In this document: piece by piece, positions 1 through 10,412 of the stretch
How positions within the stretch are numbered: the first letter of the stretch is position 1
Layout of the letters: the number at the start of each line of letters is the position of its first letter
Source: an uncultured virus (IMG/VR IMGVR_UViG_3300032116_000116)
Lineage: Duplodnaviria; Heunggongvirae; Uroviricota; Caudoviricetes
Length of the DNA: 64,000 nt
IMG/VR virus record: IMGVR_UViG_3300032116_000116
Coordinates: 1 to 64,000 of that record
Direction: 5' to 3' (one strand)
Notes under the pieces: generated by a model
What the model was told of the DNA's origin: nothing
Databases searched by the model: none
Seen by the model: the letters and a program-made list of their open reading frames with translations, nothing else
Position numbers and translations under genes: made by a program

Positions 1-727
1 TTCCCAACATAATATTCCAGTAAGTTTTTGGTTCGTCACCAACAAATCCCGTATTTATAATTTTATTACCCGATCTTACAACTAACATATCAGGAACCAT
101 ACGTGGATACATAACAATTTTAAATTTAGACCCGACCGGCATTTTTGATATATCAATAGATTTACTATATCCTAAGAAATTGTTATTTGGGTACGCAACA
201 CCACCATTCATTGTTTCTTTAAAATCACAAATATTGTTTGTAGTGGTGCCGGTATTAACTGGTGTTTCTTTTTCACCCGAAACAGATGCAAACAACTTTA
301 CATATTGCCAAGCTGTATAATCGGGGTGTTTTGAACCTTTTTTAGTATCCCAATCAGGTCCTTGAGCACCTTTATTATCTATTATTAAATTTACATTTTG
401 TGGTAATTTCTTATCTAAATAATTTTTAACCTCTTCAGCCCTTAATCTTGAAAGATCTCCGGGTTTCAAACCAACACCACTATTTGGTACTTTAGACTCC
501 GAAGATTCTATGGTTACATTTATTGCCGTATTTTTTGGGTATTTTGAAATATACCCATTAATTTGAGCTAGTGCACCATCTATAGCTTGTGTATTTATTG
601 GTCTATATTGACCACTTGGAAAACTATTTGGTGGTAATTTAATTTCTAACGCTTGACCCCTTTCTACTACGGGGTCCTGTTCTAGAATTATTCTTTTTAA
701 TTGATTTTCTGTTATAATAATTTTCAT
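1..727 (-). CDS. OmpA-like C-terminal (peptidoglycan-binding) domain protein with MKIIITE leader; runs off the left edge
   Basis: Own translation from ATG at 727: MKIIITENQLKRIILEQ...FPSGQY...VTIESSES...LSRLRAEEVKNYL, which resembles the OmpA_C LSxxRAxxVxxYL motif; ATATTTAT upstream. Confidence 0.65.
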   Translation of the reverse strand, partial: MKIIITENQLKRIILEQDPVVERGQALEIKLPPNSFPSGQYRPINTQAIDGALAQINGYISKYPKNTAINVTIESSESKVPNSGVGLKPGDLSRLRAEEVKNYLDKKLPQNVNLIIDNKGAQGPDWDTKKGSKHPDYTAWQYVKLFASVSGEKETPVNTGTTTNNICDFKETMNGGVAYPNNNFLGYSKSIDISKMPVGSKFKIVMYPRMVPDMLVVRSGNKIINTGFVGDEPKTYWNIMLG

Positions 728-777
728 ATAGATAAATATAATATCAAAATAAAAAAAATGAAGTTATATTTATAAAT

Positions 778-1143
778 ATGAGGAAGTTTTTTACGATTCT
801 ACTTTCAGATAGTAATAAAATATCAACCAAAAGGTTTATTGGGTTGATATGTTTAATTATGTTTATTGCATATGGTATCTCAGGATTACTAAGACCGTTT
901 AATGTTCAATTTTGGATTTTTTATGTTTCTTTATGTACAATAACAATTTGGATTGCATTCAAGTTTATGTCTTCTGAAAAAATATTGAAGTATGATGTTA
1001 TATCAAAATTAACTAAATTTGGTGCAGTAAAAGAAGTTGTGGATGGATTTATAGAAAATGAAAATACAATAGATGGTATAATACAACCTAATAATAATGA
1101 AGAGGTGGGGGAAGAAGAAACTGTTTGGAATAAAGTAGAATAA
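778..1143 (+). CDS. Two-TM membrane protein, possibly holin-like
   Basis: Two hydrophobic segments and an acidic tail; ATATTTAT at 766-773. Confidence 0.55.
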   Translation: MRKFFTILLSDSNKISTKRFIGLICLIMFIAYGISGLLRPFNVQFWIFYVSLCTITIWIAFKFMSSEKILKYDVISKLTKFGAVKEVVDGFIENENTIDGIIQPNNNEEVGEEETVWNKVE

Positions 1144-1144
1144 A

Positions 1145-1651
1145 TTATCTATTAAAATACATCTTAATAAATTCACTTTTCGACATCCCGACTTTGTTTG
1201 TTTCTTTTGGTTTTTCTGTAACTTTATTATCTACTACCTTTTTCTCTACGATTTTCTTTTCAACAATTTGATTTTTTGTGGTTGTTGGAGTTAAAGTAAT
1301 TTCATTAACCACAATTTTAGGTTTTTTATCTTCAACTTGTTCTTGAACTGTTACACTAACCTTCTTATCTGAAACAACATCAAATTCTGAACTCCAAGGT
1401 TCAAAATGTACATCATCGGCTATGATCTCCAATTTTATTGTACCAACCTCACCTTCACTAAGGATATTTTTTAATTTTGGTAAATTAAATTCACACACAC
1501 CATTATCAAATAATTTACCTCTAAAAAGATATGACATTTCGTTCTTTGTTTCCAAAATAACTCTAGCTTGAGAATTACTTAAAGAAGTACCTTCAACCTG
1601 TACAGTACATTGAAATTTATTGGTCTTGTCGGTATATAATTTGTAACCCAT
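1145..1651 (-). CDS. Hypothetical protein, probably virion-associated
   Basis: 168-aa ORF tightly packed in the structural operon. Confidence 0.6.
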   Translation of the reverse strand: MGYKLYTDKTNKFQCTVQVEGTSLSNSQARVILETKNEMSYLFRGKLFDNGVCEFNLPKLKNILSEGEVGTIKLEIIADDVHFEPWSSEFDVVSDKKVSVTVQEQVEDKKPKIVVNEITLTPTTTKNQIVEKKIVEKKVVDNKVTEKPKETNKVGMSKSEFIKMYFNR

Positions 1652-1652
1652 A

Positions 1653-1982
1653 TTAAACTATAACTTTTACGTTTATTTGTCTTATTTCTTTTATAAATAG
1701 TTTCATATCCTTAATTGTTACATCAACATCGGTATTTTTTGATTTATTACTAGTGATGACCAATTCTTTATTTTGTTCCGTTTTTATTCTTGTTATCAGT
1801 CCTATTAATACTTTTTTATCTTCTTCTGGTAGATTTTTAACAAATTTCGATAATTTCTTATTTCTGTTAAGTGGACCTGAAAAATTTACAATTTTTGATA
1901 TGACACAAGCCTCTACCCAAGTTATATTGGCATCTAACCATGTTAAAGTTGCGTCGTTCCATGTTAAACATTGTTGTGCCAT
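1653..1982 (-). CDS. Hypothetical protein
   Basis: 109-aa ORF with TW repeats at the N-terminus, operon-packed. Confidence 0.6.
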   Translation of the reverse strand: MAQQCLTWNDATLTWLDANITWVEACVISKIVNFSGPLNRNKKLSKFVKNLPEEDKKVLIGLITRIKTEQNKELVITSNKSKNTDVDVTIKDMKLFIKEIRQINVKVIV

Positions 1983-1985
1983 AGG

Positions 1986-3866
1986 TTATCTTTTATATGC
2001 TGCTAGTAATTGACCAAGTATCTCAGGTGTAGCGGCTATTCTCAATCTTTGAGCTATCGGATCTGAACTTGCACTAAGTTCCGCTAATAATTGTGACGTA
2101 TCAAATAATGCGGTTCCAACTGTATTATCTGTTGCAACTCCGCTTCTAACGTCAGTTGGTGATGTCATTCTTAATGTTCCCGTAAGTCCACTTGATGGTC
2201 CGAATTGGGTTAGATATCTAACATCTGATAGTGGTGGTTGATTTGGGAATGTGTTGTCTGAATAAAGTGTTCTGTCTGCACCACCTGATGTGAAAAACCT
2301 TGCTTGGGTTGTTCCTGTTTGGTCTAACCATATGATTGGTGCGTAGATTGCCATTTTACCATTAATATTGAACATATCACCTCTCAAATATACTTGTGCG
2401 GTTGAGTTTGTAACAGATACCGCAACAGCACTTGTTGAGGCACTTGCATTGCCTAATATATTTATACTACTTGATATCGCAGATGCAACAGCCGCCCCAA
2501 CATTTGAGGTTGAAACATTACCACTTACGTTTATTGTTGTGAAGTTTGTTGATATTGTTGAGTTTGTGGTACTTGAATTTGTTACATTTCCACCAACATT
2601 TATTACACCACCTGATTGAAAAAGGTTTGTTCCACCATTAGAAACGTTTCCACTTATTGTCACGGTTGGCGAACCAAGTTGTATTTGGGCGTTTGCACTA
2701 CCACTAACATTTGTTACATTTCCACCAATTGTTAATTGTGTTATACTTCCAGCCGCTATTGTTATATTACCAACACAAGAAACATTACCTGTTATTGTAA
2801 TTGTCCCTATTGTTGATTTTGATAATAATGTTTCACCTCCTCTACCTGATGGTTGACCAATTAAACTTCCATTAACTATAATATTACCTGTTCCTGTTGA
2901 AGCTATTGTTTGGTTTGATGCACCAGCACTAGTTGTTGTATGTTGAAAATAGTCACCAAATAATGTTAAATTTCCTGTCGATGAATGGGTTATTTGTGCT
3001 CCACCAATAAGACCTAATGTTACATTACCAAGTGTATTAACTATTAAATTAGCTGTTCCACTATGTTGTAATCCATTAAGAGTTAAAGGTATCCTTGCGG
3101 CAGGTGCATTTATTGTAATTGTTCCACCACTTGTTGAATTGACAACCAAACTTGATAGGTTTAACGCACCTGATAGATTTGCGGTTATATTTGATGTGTT
3201 AAAGTTAAAGTTTCCTCCTGCAGTTGTTGTAATACTATTGTTACCCGCAAAAATCTGTACCTCACCCACTGTAGTGTTAGTTCCACCATTTATTGTCAAT
3301 AAATTTACCCTGTATCTTGAATATGCAATTGTATTTGAAAATAATGGACTGGTATAAACAACAGAATCGGTTAATGCAAATCCCGATACACTGTGTAAAA
3401 TAGTCCAACTTACACCATCATTACTACCTTCAAAATTCCAACTTGTTGGTGCATTTACGTTTCCTCCACCGTATGTTGATATCCACCATTGGGATAATAC
3501 ATATCTTGTTGCAATGAATGGTGTTGCGGGTATATAACCAATCCATCCTGTGGTGGCACCCGCTTGCCATCCCTGATTTTCTGATAAAGCATTACCATTA
3601 AATGCCAAATAACTAATTGATGAGCTATTATTACTTATCACAAAACCTGATGGTGACCCATTTGATGTCATGTTGGGAGTTGCTTTACTACCAAGAGATT
3701 TAGCACTATTGTTCAAACTGTTCACTGTAAACCCTGTGTCAACTAATACCGTAAACCCATTGGTATATACATCGTCACCAACTGTTGGTATTCCCAATGT
3801 TGTTCCATCATTCCAAGTTGTTATGTTTGACCAACTACCGCCTGTTATTGCCCATCTTATTGCCAT
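1986..3866 (-). CDS. Tail fibre/adhesin-like protein with F5/8 type C (discoidin)-like domain
   Basis: G/T/S/N-rich beta repeats; APTSWNFEGSNDGVSWT..YSRYRV discoidin pattern; paralog of 3866-5737. Confidence 0.7.
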   Translation of the reverse strand: MAIRWAITGGSWSNITTWNDGTTLGIPTVGDDVYTNGFTVLVDTGFTVNSLNNSAKSLGSKATPNMTSNGSPSGFVISNNSSSISYLAFNGNALSENQGWQAGATTGWIGYIPATPFIATRYVLSQWWISTYGGGNVNAPTSWNFEGSNDGVSWTILHSVSGFALTDSVVYTSPLFSNTIAYSRYRVNLLTINGGTNTTVGEVQIFAGNNSITTTAGGNFNFNTSNITANLSGALNLSSLVVNSTSGGTITINAPAARIPLTLNGLQHSGTANLIVNTLGNVTLGLIGGAQITHSSTGNLTLFGDYFQHTTTSAGASNQTIASTGTGNIIVNGSLIGQPSGRGGETLLSKSTIGTITITGNVSCVGNITIAAGSITQLTIGGNVTNVSGSANAQIQLGSPTVTISGNVSNGGTNLFQSGGVINVGGNVTNSSTTNSTISTNFTTINVSGNVSTSNVGAAVASAISSSINILGNASASTSAVAVSVTNSTAQVYLRGDMFNINGKMAIYAPIIWLDQTGTTQARFFTSGGADRTLYSDNTFPNQPPLSDVRYLTQFGPSSGLTGTLRMTSPTDVRSGVATDNTVGTALFDTSQLLAELSASSDPIAQRLRIAATPEILGQLLAAYKR

Positions 3867-5737
3867 TATACAAAATTATATTCTGATATTAGTTGTCCAG
3901 CCGAATTATCTGTTAGCATTGTTCTCATCCTGACAGCTAGTGGGTCTGAACTTGTGTTTATAAAGTTTAATATGTCTTGTGCCGTTATATTCGCAGTTCC
4001 AACTGTATTATCAGTTAGAACATTAACTCTTATATCTGATGGAGATGCAACAATCATTGTTCCTGTTAAACCACTTGCAGGTCCATATTGAATCAAATTT
4101 CTAACATCACTTGTTGGAGGTAAATTTGGAAAACTATCTGCGGAATATAATGTTCTTGTTAATCCTCCACCTATATCCATTCTCCAAAGTGTTGTTGCAC
4201 TATTGCTGATAAATACGTTAGGACACCATATAGCCATTCTTCCCAATGTGTTATACATATTACCTGTTAGGTTGACATTACTATTTGTATTTGTTGATGA
4301 GATACCAACAGATGTTGATGAGGCGTAAACATCACCACTTACAGTTATAGCAATTGCGGATGTTGTTGAAATACCCGCAGTCGCTCTTGCAAAAACACTA
4401 CCATTTATTATAAGTGGTGCAGTTGTTGATACTCCGACAGCAGCGGCGCCATAAATGTTACCATTTATTGTTGTTGGTGCGGTTGTTATTAATCCATTAG
4501 ACGCCGCAGCATATACATCACCGTTAATTAGAACAGATGCCGCGGATGTGATAAATACCGCTTCAGCATTAACATTAAAACCACCAAATAGGTTACCGTT
4601 GATTATCAGAATTGAAGATACGTTATTTAGTATAACACCCCTAGTACCAGAAGTATTACCCTGTACATTACCTGTAATAGTTATATTACCGGCAGTTTGA
4701 TTTATTGATGCTAATGTACTATTACCATTAACATTACCCACAACTACCGTATTTCCAGCAATAGAGTTGAGAGCATAAGCTGTCCCCCCATTTCCACCGC
4801 CGAACATATCACCTATTATCGTTATAGTACCTGTTGAAGTTTTATTTATACAAAACGCAGTACCACTTGCATTACCTCCATTGAATCTAATACCATTCAA
4901 TATTAAATCACAATTTCCTGTGTGATTGAACATCTGTGTTCCGACTGTTGCTAATGCAGTCACAGTGCTTGCTAAATTAAGTGTTACTGTCCCTCCTGTA
5001 GCGGTAATTGTTATTAAATTTGTCGCACCTATTGATAGAGATGATGAAGTGGATGTACAAGTTACAGATACACCTGCTGTGTTGAAGTTGAAAGACCCAC
5101 CCGCAGCCAATGCAGCTGTTCCTGGTTGGTAGAGTTCGAGTTCTGTTATTCTTGTATTTGAACTAGCACCATTATTACTTACATTAACTCTGTAATATCT
5201 ATATGCTGTTGGATTACCTATGGAGAATATTGAATATGTTCCACCAGCAGGTATTGCGGTTGCACTTGTAACTGTATGTAATATATTCCAACTAGTATTA
5301 TTATTACTTCCTTCAAATGTCCAGTTACGAGGATTATCATTAACACTATTACTTCCGTAAATGGTATAACCATCTATAATAATAGAACTACCAAAATCAA
5401 ATGATAACCAAGAAGGAAGACCGTTACTAGTCCAATAGGTTGATGTTGAATAGTTTCTATCAAAAGCTCTATATGCTTCTTGGCCAGCGGCAAAAACAGT
5501 GCTAGCAGCAGCAACATAAGGACTTGGAGCATTGTTGGCCGTCATCTGCGGTGTAGCAATATCTCTTGCTCTTGCACTATTGTTTAAACTGTTCACCGTA
5601 GAATTAACATTCATAGTAACAGTGAAACCATTGGAGAATACATCATCAGATGATGTGGGAATACCCAATGTTGCACCATTATTCCATGTTGATGTTGAAG
5701 ACCATGTTCCACCTGTTACTGCCCAACGTGTTGCCAT
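3866..5737 (-). CDS. Tail fibre/adhesin-like protein with F5/8 type C (discoidin)-like domain
   Basis: AYRAFD..W...PRNWTFEGSNN..W..AYRYYRV; shares N- and C-termini with 1986-3866. Confidence 0.7.
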   Translation of the reverse strand: MATRWAVTGGTWSSTSTWNNGATLGIPTSSDDVFSNGFTVTMNVNSTVNSLNNSARARDIATPQMTANNAPSPYVAAASTVFAAGQEAYRAFDRNYSTSTYWTSNGLPSWLSFDFGSSIIIDGYTIYGSNSVNDNPRNWTFEGSNNNTSWNILHTVTSATAIPAGGTYSIFSIGNPTAYRYYRVNVSNNGASSNTRITELELYQPGTAALAAGGSFNFNTAGVSVTCTSTSSSLSIGATNLITITATGGTVTLNLASTVTALATVGTQMFNHTGNCDLILNGIRFNGGNASGTAFCINKTSTGTITIIGDMFGGGNGGTAYALNSIAGNTVVVGNVNGNSTLASINQTAGNITITGNVQGNTSGTRGVILNNVSSILIINGNLFGGFNVNAEAVFITSAASVLINGDVYAAASNGLITTAPTTINGNIYGAAAVGVSTTAPLIINGSVFARATAGISTTSAIAITVSGDVYASSTSVGISSTNTNSNVNLTGNMYNTLGRMAIWCPNVFISNSATTLWRMDIGGGLTRTLYSADSFPNLPPTSDVRNLIQYGPASGLTGTMIVASPSDIRVNVLTDNTVGTANITAQDILNFINTSSDPLAVRMRTMLTDNSAGQLISEYNFV

Positions 5738-5739
5738 AT

Positions 5740-6057
5740 CTAACTATAACTATGTGTTAAATACCCTACCCAATTAACCCCACCAACAGGTTGTGCTGTT
5801 GCCGTAGCACTAACACTTCCATCACTTGATGTTGTTAATCTTGTTATCGTCCAAACCAAATCGGACTCTGTTGTTGCAACACCTGTTGTTGTAACAGGTG
5901 CAACTCCGCAATAAAGATTTGATCCTGATAACGCAAATCTTCTTATCAAATTATATTCATTATATGCATCCCAAGCATAACCGTTATACTTCCAAGAGAT
6001 TCCTCCTGAAGTATATATTTGATTAGGTGTTGCTCCTGTTGGAAAGTTTAATGCCAT
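5740..6057 (-). CDS. Small tail/virion-associated protein
   Basis: MALNFP...WKYNGYAW pattern typical of phage fibre proteins; structural operon context. Confidence 0.55.
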   Translation of the reverse strand: MALNFPTGATPNQIYTSGGISWKYNGYAWDAYNEYNLIRRFALSGSNLYCGVAPVTTTGVATTESDLVWTITRLTTSSDGSVSATATAQPVGGVNWVGYLTHSYS

Positions 6058-6599
6058 TAGATTTCAATTTGATATGCACTTATGAATATATCATCCACTT
6101 GTTGGTCTGTTAATCCTAAAACCATTTGTATCATACTAACGGTTGGACTATCTCTTTCAATATAGTTTGAGTAATCCCAAGCATATTGAGCTTTTATTTT
6201 AAGTTCTTGTTCAGGTTGTGTTCCTGATGGAAGAGCATTAATTGCATTTGTAACATCACTTTCCAATCCTTGAATTGCAAGTTCCGCTCTTAACTGCCAT
6301 CTTGTTACCTTAACAGGAACTCCATCAACAACATCTGTTACCAAAGGATGTGTTAATTGTCCTTTGAAATAATTATCAATCGGAAGTGATGTTAGAACAG
6401 ATAATAGATGATTTTTTTCTGATTCTGTTAAAACAACTTCTGATGTTGATTTCAATTCTGTTGAGATTCTATACTCCAATAGAGGTTTATCAGAAGTTAT
6501 TCTTCTGTCTAATTCTTGTGCAATATATGTTGCCGCTGTGTCTGTGGTTCCATAAGGTGAACCATCTTTTTCAATGTTAAAATTAAAATTGTATGTCAT
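6057..6599 (-). CDS. Tail-fibre-associated (assembly/chaperone-like) protein
   Basis: C-terminal VTRWQLR...WDY..IERDSP...LGLT..QVDDIF..A pattern; start moved to MTYNF to avoid overlap with 6611-7021. Confidence 0.55.
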   Translation of the reverse strand: MTYNFNFNIEKDGSPYGTTDTAATYIAQELDRRITSDKPLLEYRISTELKSTSEVVLTESEKNHLLSVLTSLPIDNYFKGQLTHPLVTDVVDGVPVKVTRWQLRAELAIQGLESDVTNAINALPSGTQPEQELKIKAQYAWDYSNYIERDSPTVSMIQMVLGLTDQQVDDIFISAYQIEI

Positions 6600-6610
6600 A
6601 GTTTTTATAT

Positions 6611-7021
6611 TTATATTTCGTAGAAGAATTGACAAGATATTTCTTTTATTCCAGATGCAGTAAATGTTGTAGTTGCATTGTTAAATGCTGTAAATCTATA
6701 TGCATTTAATATATTTGTAGGACTTGTAGTTTGTGCAATGAAACCTAATTGAAATGAACCATTGTCTGCTAAATATGAATATGGAATTCCCAATAACCCT
6801 TTAATTATAAATGGTAATGAAAAATTCAATGATGTAGAGTTTGATGTTCCAGCAATACTCACAAAAACATAAACCATATTACCTACCACTTTATATTTTA
6901 TTATTTTTCTTGTATAACTACCCCATCCCACAATAGTAGACTGCTCCGAGAAATCAATCCACGGAGTATTGATATTATTTGCCAAATCACCACCATACAT
7001 TCCATTTGCAAGTCCATTCAT
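6611..7021 (-). CDS. Tail-fibre-related beta protein
   Basis: YKVVGNMVYV...FSLPF pattern of fibre C-terminal domains. Confidence 0.55.
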   Translation of the reverse strand: MNGLANGMYGGDLANNINTPWIDFSEQSTIVGWGSYTRKIIKYKVVGNMVYVFVSIAGTSNSTSLNFSLPFIIKGLLGIPYSYLADNGSFQLGFIAQTTSPTNILNAYRFTAFNNATTTFTASGIKEISCQFFYEI

Positions 7022-7033
7022 AAATTATTAATT

Positions 7034-7495
7034 TTAAGGTGCGACAAAATCTTGCGCAAATGATGTTATCCAACAGGACCTACCTGCCGTCAAGTTAGCT
7101 AATGTTGTCGCTCTTAAAACATCACCAGCCACCAATGGAATATATTGTCTCCCTGTATTATCTATTGGGAGACCAGGAATATTTGTTCCATTCAAAAAGT
7201 CCGTTACAAACCTAGCAGCATTCGTATTACCTGCGGATATTGGAACGTTAACTAATCCAATTGGAACAACTGTTGAACCACCTCTTAAAATATAAAGGAA
7301 TACGTTAGGTGATAATGATGCATCATCTGTTGAAGCGATCAACGAAATTATTCTTGTCCCATATGTTCCAGCAGTTTCAATGGTAACACCATTTGTATTG
7401 CTACCTAATGTTCCAATTGTGGTTCCGTTTAATACCGCAATACCACTATTTAATTCATTTGCAACCCTTACAATTGCGTCGTTTCTTAAAGCCAT
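7034..7495 (-). CDS. Virion structural protein (hypothetical)
   Basis: TAGTYGTRI...IGLVNVP...LVAGDVLRA; structural operon. Confidence 0.55.
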   Translation of the reverse strand: MALRNDAIVRVANELNSGIAVLNGTTIGTLGSNTNGVTIETAGTYGTRIISLIASTDDASLSPNVFLYILRGGSTVVPIGLVNVPISAGNTNAARFVTDFLNGTNIPGLPIDNTGRQYIPLVAGDVLRATTLANLTAGRSCWITSFAQDFVAP

Positions 7496-7498
7496 AGT

Positions 7499-9148
7499 TT
7501 AATAATTAAATAATATTCTTTGATTTATCATTGTTGCATAATCTACTTCATCACTAAAAGATTGTAAAGCGTTATTAACAACATTATTTGTTGGATATTT
7601 TGTATTTGAACTGTCCAACGCAACAGTTTCTTTGTTTGCAACATTTTCAGGTATATAACCAATCACATTAGTTATACTCGCCGCAGATACAACCACACCA
7701 TCACCAATTAATACACCTGTAAAAGTTGTTGTTGTCCCTGAATCAATGTTATTTGTTCCATTAACACCTTGAGGACCTTGAGGACCAACAGGTAATGTTT
7801 GTTGTATCCATTGATAGCTGTTACCATCATAATTATATTTATACTCCACACCTGTTTCAGAATGTTGCCAAACTGAACCTTCGTCAATTGATGCAGTCCC
7901 TGTACCTGTTGGTGCCGTGTTTTGATAATAGAATTTGTATGATACGATATTTGCAGTTAAAGGTAATTTTCCTTCATTCTGATTTAATGTCAAAACATTA
8001 TTTGAATATGTTAAACCAGTAACATATGTATCAATGAATGATGGTATTGTTGTTATACCAAAACTATATTCATTACTACCCTCACTATACAAATAAATTG
8101 TTTCAGTTGAATTAGAAGTATTTTGTCCATATATCTTAACTAATAACCTATCGGTAAGATCCAACGTAGCACCCGAAAAATAAGCATCAGAAATATACAT
8201 CTGAGTTGTTGTAGACACAACAGGAACAGTCTCCGTTGTTAATAATAAAGTTTCTGTTCCACCCGAAGATCTTTTATATAATTCAACATAAATGTTAAAA
8301 GCGGCACTTACAGAACCTGTTTTTGCATGAAGATAAAAACCAACAATCCCTATCGGAAGTTGTGTTAAATTAGGTATATTAGAAGGAGTTAAAAACCCAC
8401 CAATATATACCGTTTGTGTTGACCCTGTTGTTGCTGATATTATTTGTTCTATCCCGGATGTTGGTGTTGGAGAAAATTCATAATACCCATCTTGGGTATT
8501 AGATATATTCAGATAATATATTTGACCACCTGAACCACCACCCGCTTTAGGAATACCCGTTAAATTACTACCATCACCAAAATAAGTGAAAGCCGTTACA
8601 CTACCTGATGACGATAGTGATGGGACATTTAATTGTCCCGTCATTGTGTCACCACCTTTATTTACTTTTTGTGAAAGATTGTTTTGAGTTGAAGATGTAA
8701 ACGACTCAAATAGTGAATATGGTGTAATATTGGTTAGAGTAAAACTATTACCATCATTATAACTAAAAACAATTGAAGTTCCCGATACTGTCCCACCACT
8801 AATAAATGTATCAGTGAACCCTGTAACGATTACATTACTATTATCTGAATTATAAAGAGTTAATACTTTTGTACTTGAATCAAATGTCCCACCTGTTACT
8901 GTTGTACCACCAGTACCACCTGAAATTGGTTTCCAAGTTGCATTACCACTTGAATCCGATGTTAAAACATAACCGTATGATTCGGAACCATCTTGGTATT
9001 TCAATGTGCCCATTATTGTCATACCCGACGAAAATATCGGATTGACGGGGATATCACCACCTATTCTATAAACAATACCACTTGTAATATCTGACTGTAA
9101 AACATAGTTATATGATTCTTTAATCAGTAATCCCGAAATATTTGACAT
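7499..9148 (-). CDS. Tail fibre-like protein with short collagen-like stretch
   Basis: TGGT repeats, VNKGGDTMTG, FGDGSNLTG, GPQGPQG; ATATTTAT upstream. Confidence 0.7.
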   Translation of the reverse strand: MSNISGLLIKESYNYVLQSDITSGIVYRIGGDIPVNPIFSSGMTIMGTLKYQDGSESYGYVLTSDSSGNATWKPISGGTGGTTVTGGTFDSSTKVLTLYNSDNSNVIVTGFTDTFISGGTVSGTSIVFSYNDGNSFTLTNITPYSLFESFTSSTQNNLSQKVNKGGDTMTGQLNVPSLSSSGSVTAFTYFGDGSNLTGIPKAGGGSGGQIYYLNISNTQDGYYEFSPTPTSGIEQIISATTGSTQTVYIGGFLTPSNIPNLTQLPIGIVGFYLHAKTGSVSAAFNIYVELYKRSSGGTETLLLTTETVPVVSTTTQMYISDAYFSGATLDLTDRLLVKIYGQNTSNSTETIYLYSEGSNEYSFGITTIPSFIDTYVTGLTYSNNVLTLNQNEGKLPLTANIVSYKFYYQNTAPTGTGTASIDEGSVWQHSETGVEYKYNYDGNSYQWIQQTLPVGPQGPQGVNGTNNIDSGTTTTFTGVLIGDGVVVSAASITNVIGYIPENVANKETVALDSSNTKYPTNNVVNNALQSFSDEVDYATMINQRILFNY

Positions 9149-9332
9149 ACTAGTTTAAATATAAATATTTTTAAGGACTAAATAAACTATTATAACATAA
9201 AAAATCCCCAAATTGGGGATTTAAAAATTTTTTCTATTTTCATATCTCTGTGTTAGAAATATCTTTAATAGATAAATTGATGGAACACAAATTAAAAGTA
9301 ACATAATAAATTATTTTTTTATTTAAAATATA

Positions 9333-10292
9333 TTAAGCAACCATGTTACTTATTTTTCTACCTCCCTGTGCGATCAAACTATTACCACTATTTATTCTGT
9401 GACTTACTGCGGATTTAGTTAAATAAACAGGATCTAAATTACCATTTGCAACTTGTAAATTTATTTTTTTTGCAAATTTTTGAAACCAACCCGGTCCATT
9501 CCAAACACCATAAACAAAATGGAACATTAACGGTGGTGTTGAATTAACTATCTGAATTGCTTTTGGTGATAAATATGATTTACAGTATTGGTCATACAAT
9601 GGTTTCATCATTTTAGGTATTAAAGACATTAATTGAGATTGTAACGGTCCACCGAAATAATTCCATTTCCATTTATTTTTTGCGTTCTGACCATCAATTA
9701 TTGACCAAAACTGTTTACCGGCAGACGTTGTATTGATACTACCTCCCGTTTTTCTATCTATACCAAACATGGTTTCACCCGAACCTGCATATCTTTGGTC
9801 TTTTACTCTACCATCTTTTAACATGTTAGGATGATAATATCCACCCTCAAGTTCTTGTACTACTTTTTGTACAATACCATCAAAATCTGTGGGTATATTT
9901 TTAAATTTTCCCGAACTAAGTTTTTGAGATCTTGATTTTATTCTCCAATCATCTTTCTCATTTATCTTCTCAATTTCTTCTTTAAGGTATTTTTTTATTA
10001 TATTTTCTAATCTTAGCTCGTTCATTTTTTTTGAATTTTTTATTTTAATTGTACCTATTGATTTTGGAAAAAACTCAGTAGTATCCACGTCATCACCATA
10101 TTTGTTAATTAAAAAAATACCAGTTTTTAATTCACCAATATCCTCTATCCTATAAATTTTATTTTCTTCAACATCAACACCTTCTTTTTGTGGGTATCCC
10201 ACGTATTTTTCATCACCGTTTGAATATATTGGAATTTCATATCCTTTGTATGAAATTTTATCTATTTTTTTAAATTTTGGTTTAAAGAACAT
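9333..10292 (-). CDS. Putative GH108-like lysozyme/peptidoglycan hydrolase
   Basis: LEGGYY...SGETMFGID matches the EGGY...GETxxGI motif; start taken at MFFKP just after ATATTTAT. Confidence 0.6.
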   Translation of the reverse strand: MFFKPKFKKIDKISYKGYEIPIYSNGDEKYVGYPQKEGVDVEENKIYRIEDIGELKTGIFLINKYGDDVDTTEFFPKSIGTIKIKNSKKMNELRLENIIKKYLKEEIEKINEKDDWRIKSRSQKLSSGKFKNIPTDFDGIVQKVVQELEGGYYHPNMLKDGRVKDQRYAGSGETMFGIDRKTGGSINTTSAGKQFWSIIDGQNAKNKWKWNYFGGPLQSQLMSLIPKMMKPLYDQYCKSYLSPKAIQIVNSTPPLMFHFVYGVWNGPGWFQKFAKKINLQVANGNLDPVYLTKSAVSHRINSGNSLIAQGGRKISNMVA

Positions 10293-10330
10293 AATAATAA
10301 ATATATAAAAAAATAGAACAAAAACAAAAT

Positions 10331-10357
10331 AGGACAAGAGTAGCGAATTCTTGTCCT
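10331..10357 (-). terminator. Intrinsic terminator hairpin at the end of a larger structured intergenic region
   Basis: AGGACAAGAA-TTCGCTA-CTCTTGTCCT followed by a T-rich tract on the minus strand. Confidence 0.55.
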
Positions 10358-10412
10358 TGTCGCGGAATATAACCATCCCGGTCCTAATCCGAGTATCTAA
10401 ACTCGGTGTATC

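Noticed and set aside
2368..5777. Plus-strand ORFs overlapping the tail-fibre genes, and similar antisense ORFs elsewhere (e.g. 12677, 21320, 25204, 36087, 43281)
   Set aside because: Shadow frames of longer, motif-bearing genes on the opposite strand, with no promoter context.
1986..9148. Diversity-generating retroelement acting on the fibre genes
   Set aside because: No reverse transcriptase in the window and no near-identical TR/VR pair with adenine-specific differences seen.
10293..10376. Hydrophobic N-terminal extension (signal anchor) on the lysozyme-like ORF
   Set aside because: It runs through a terminator hairpin, T-tract and the ATATTTAT motif; the downstream ATG at 10292 fits better.
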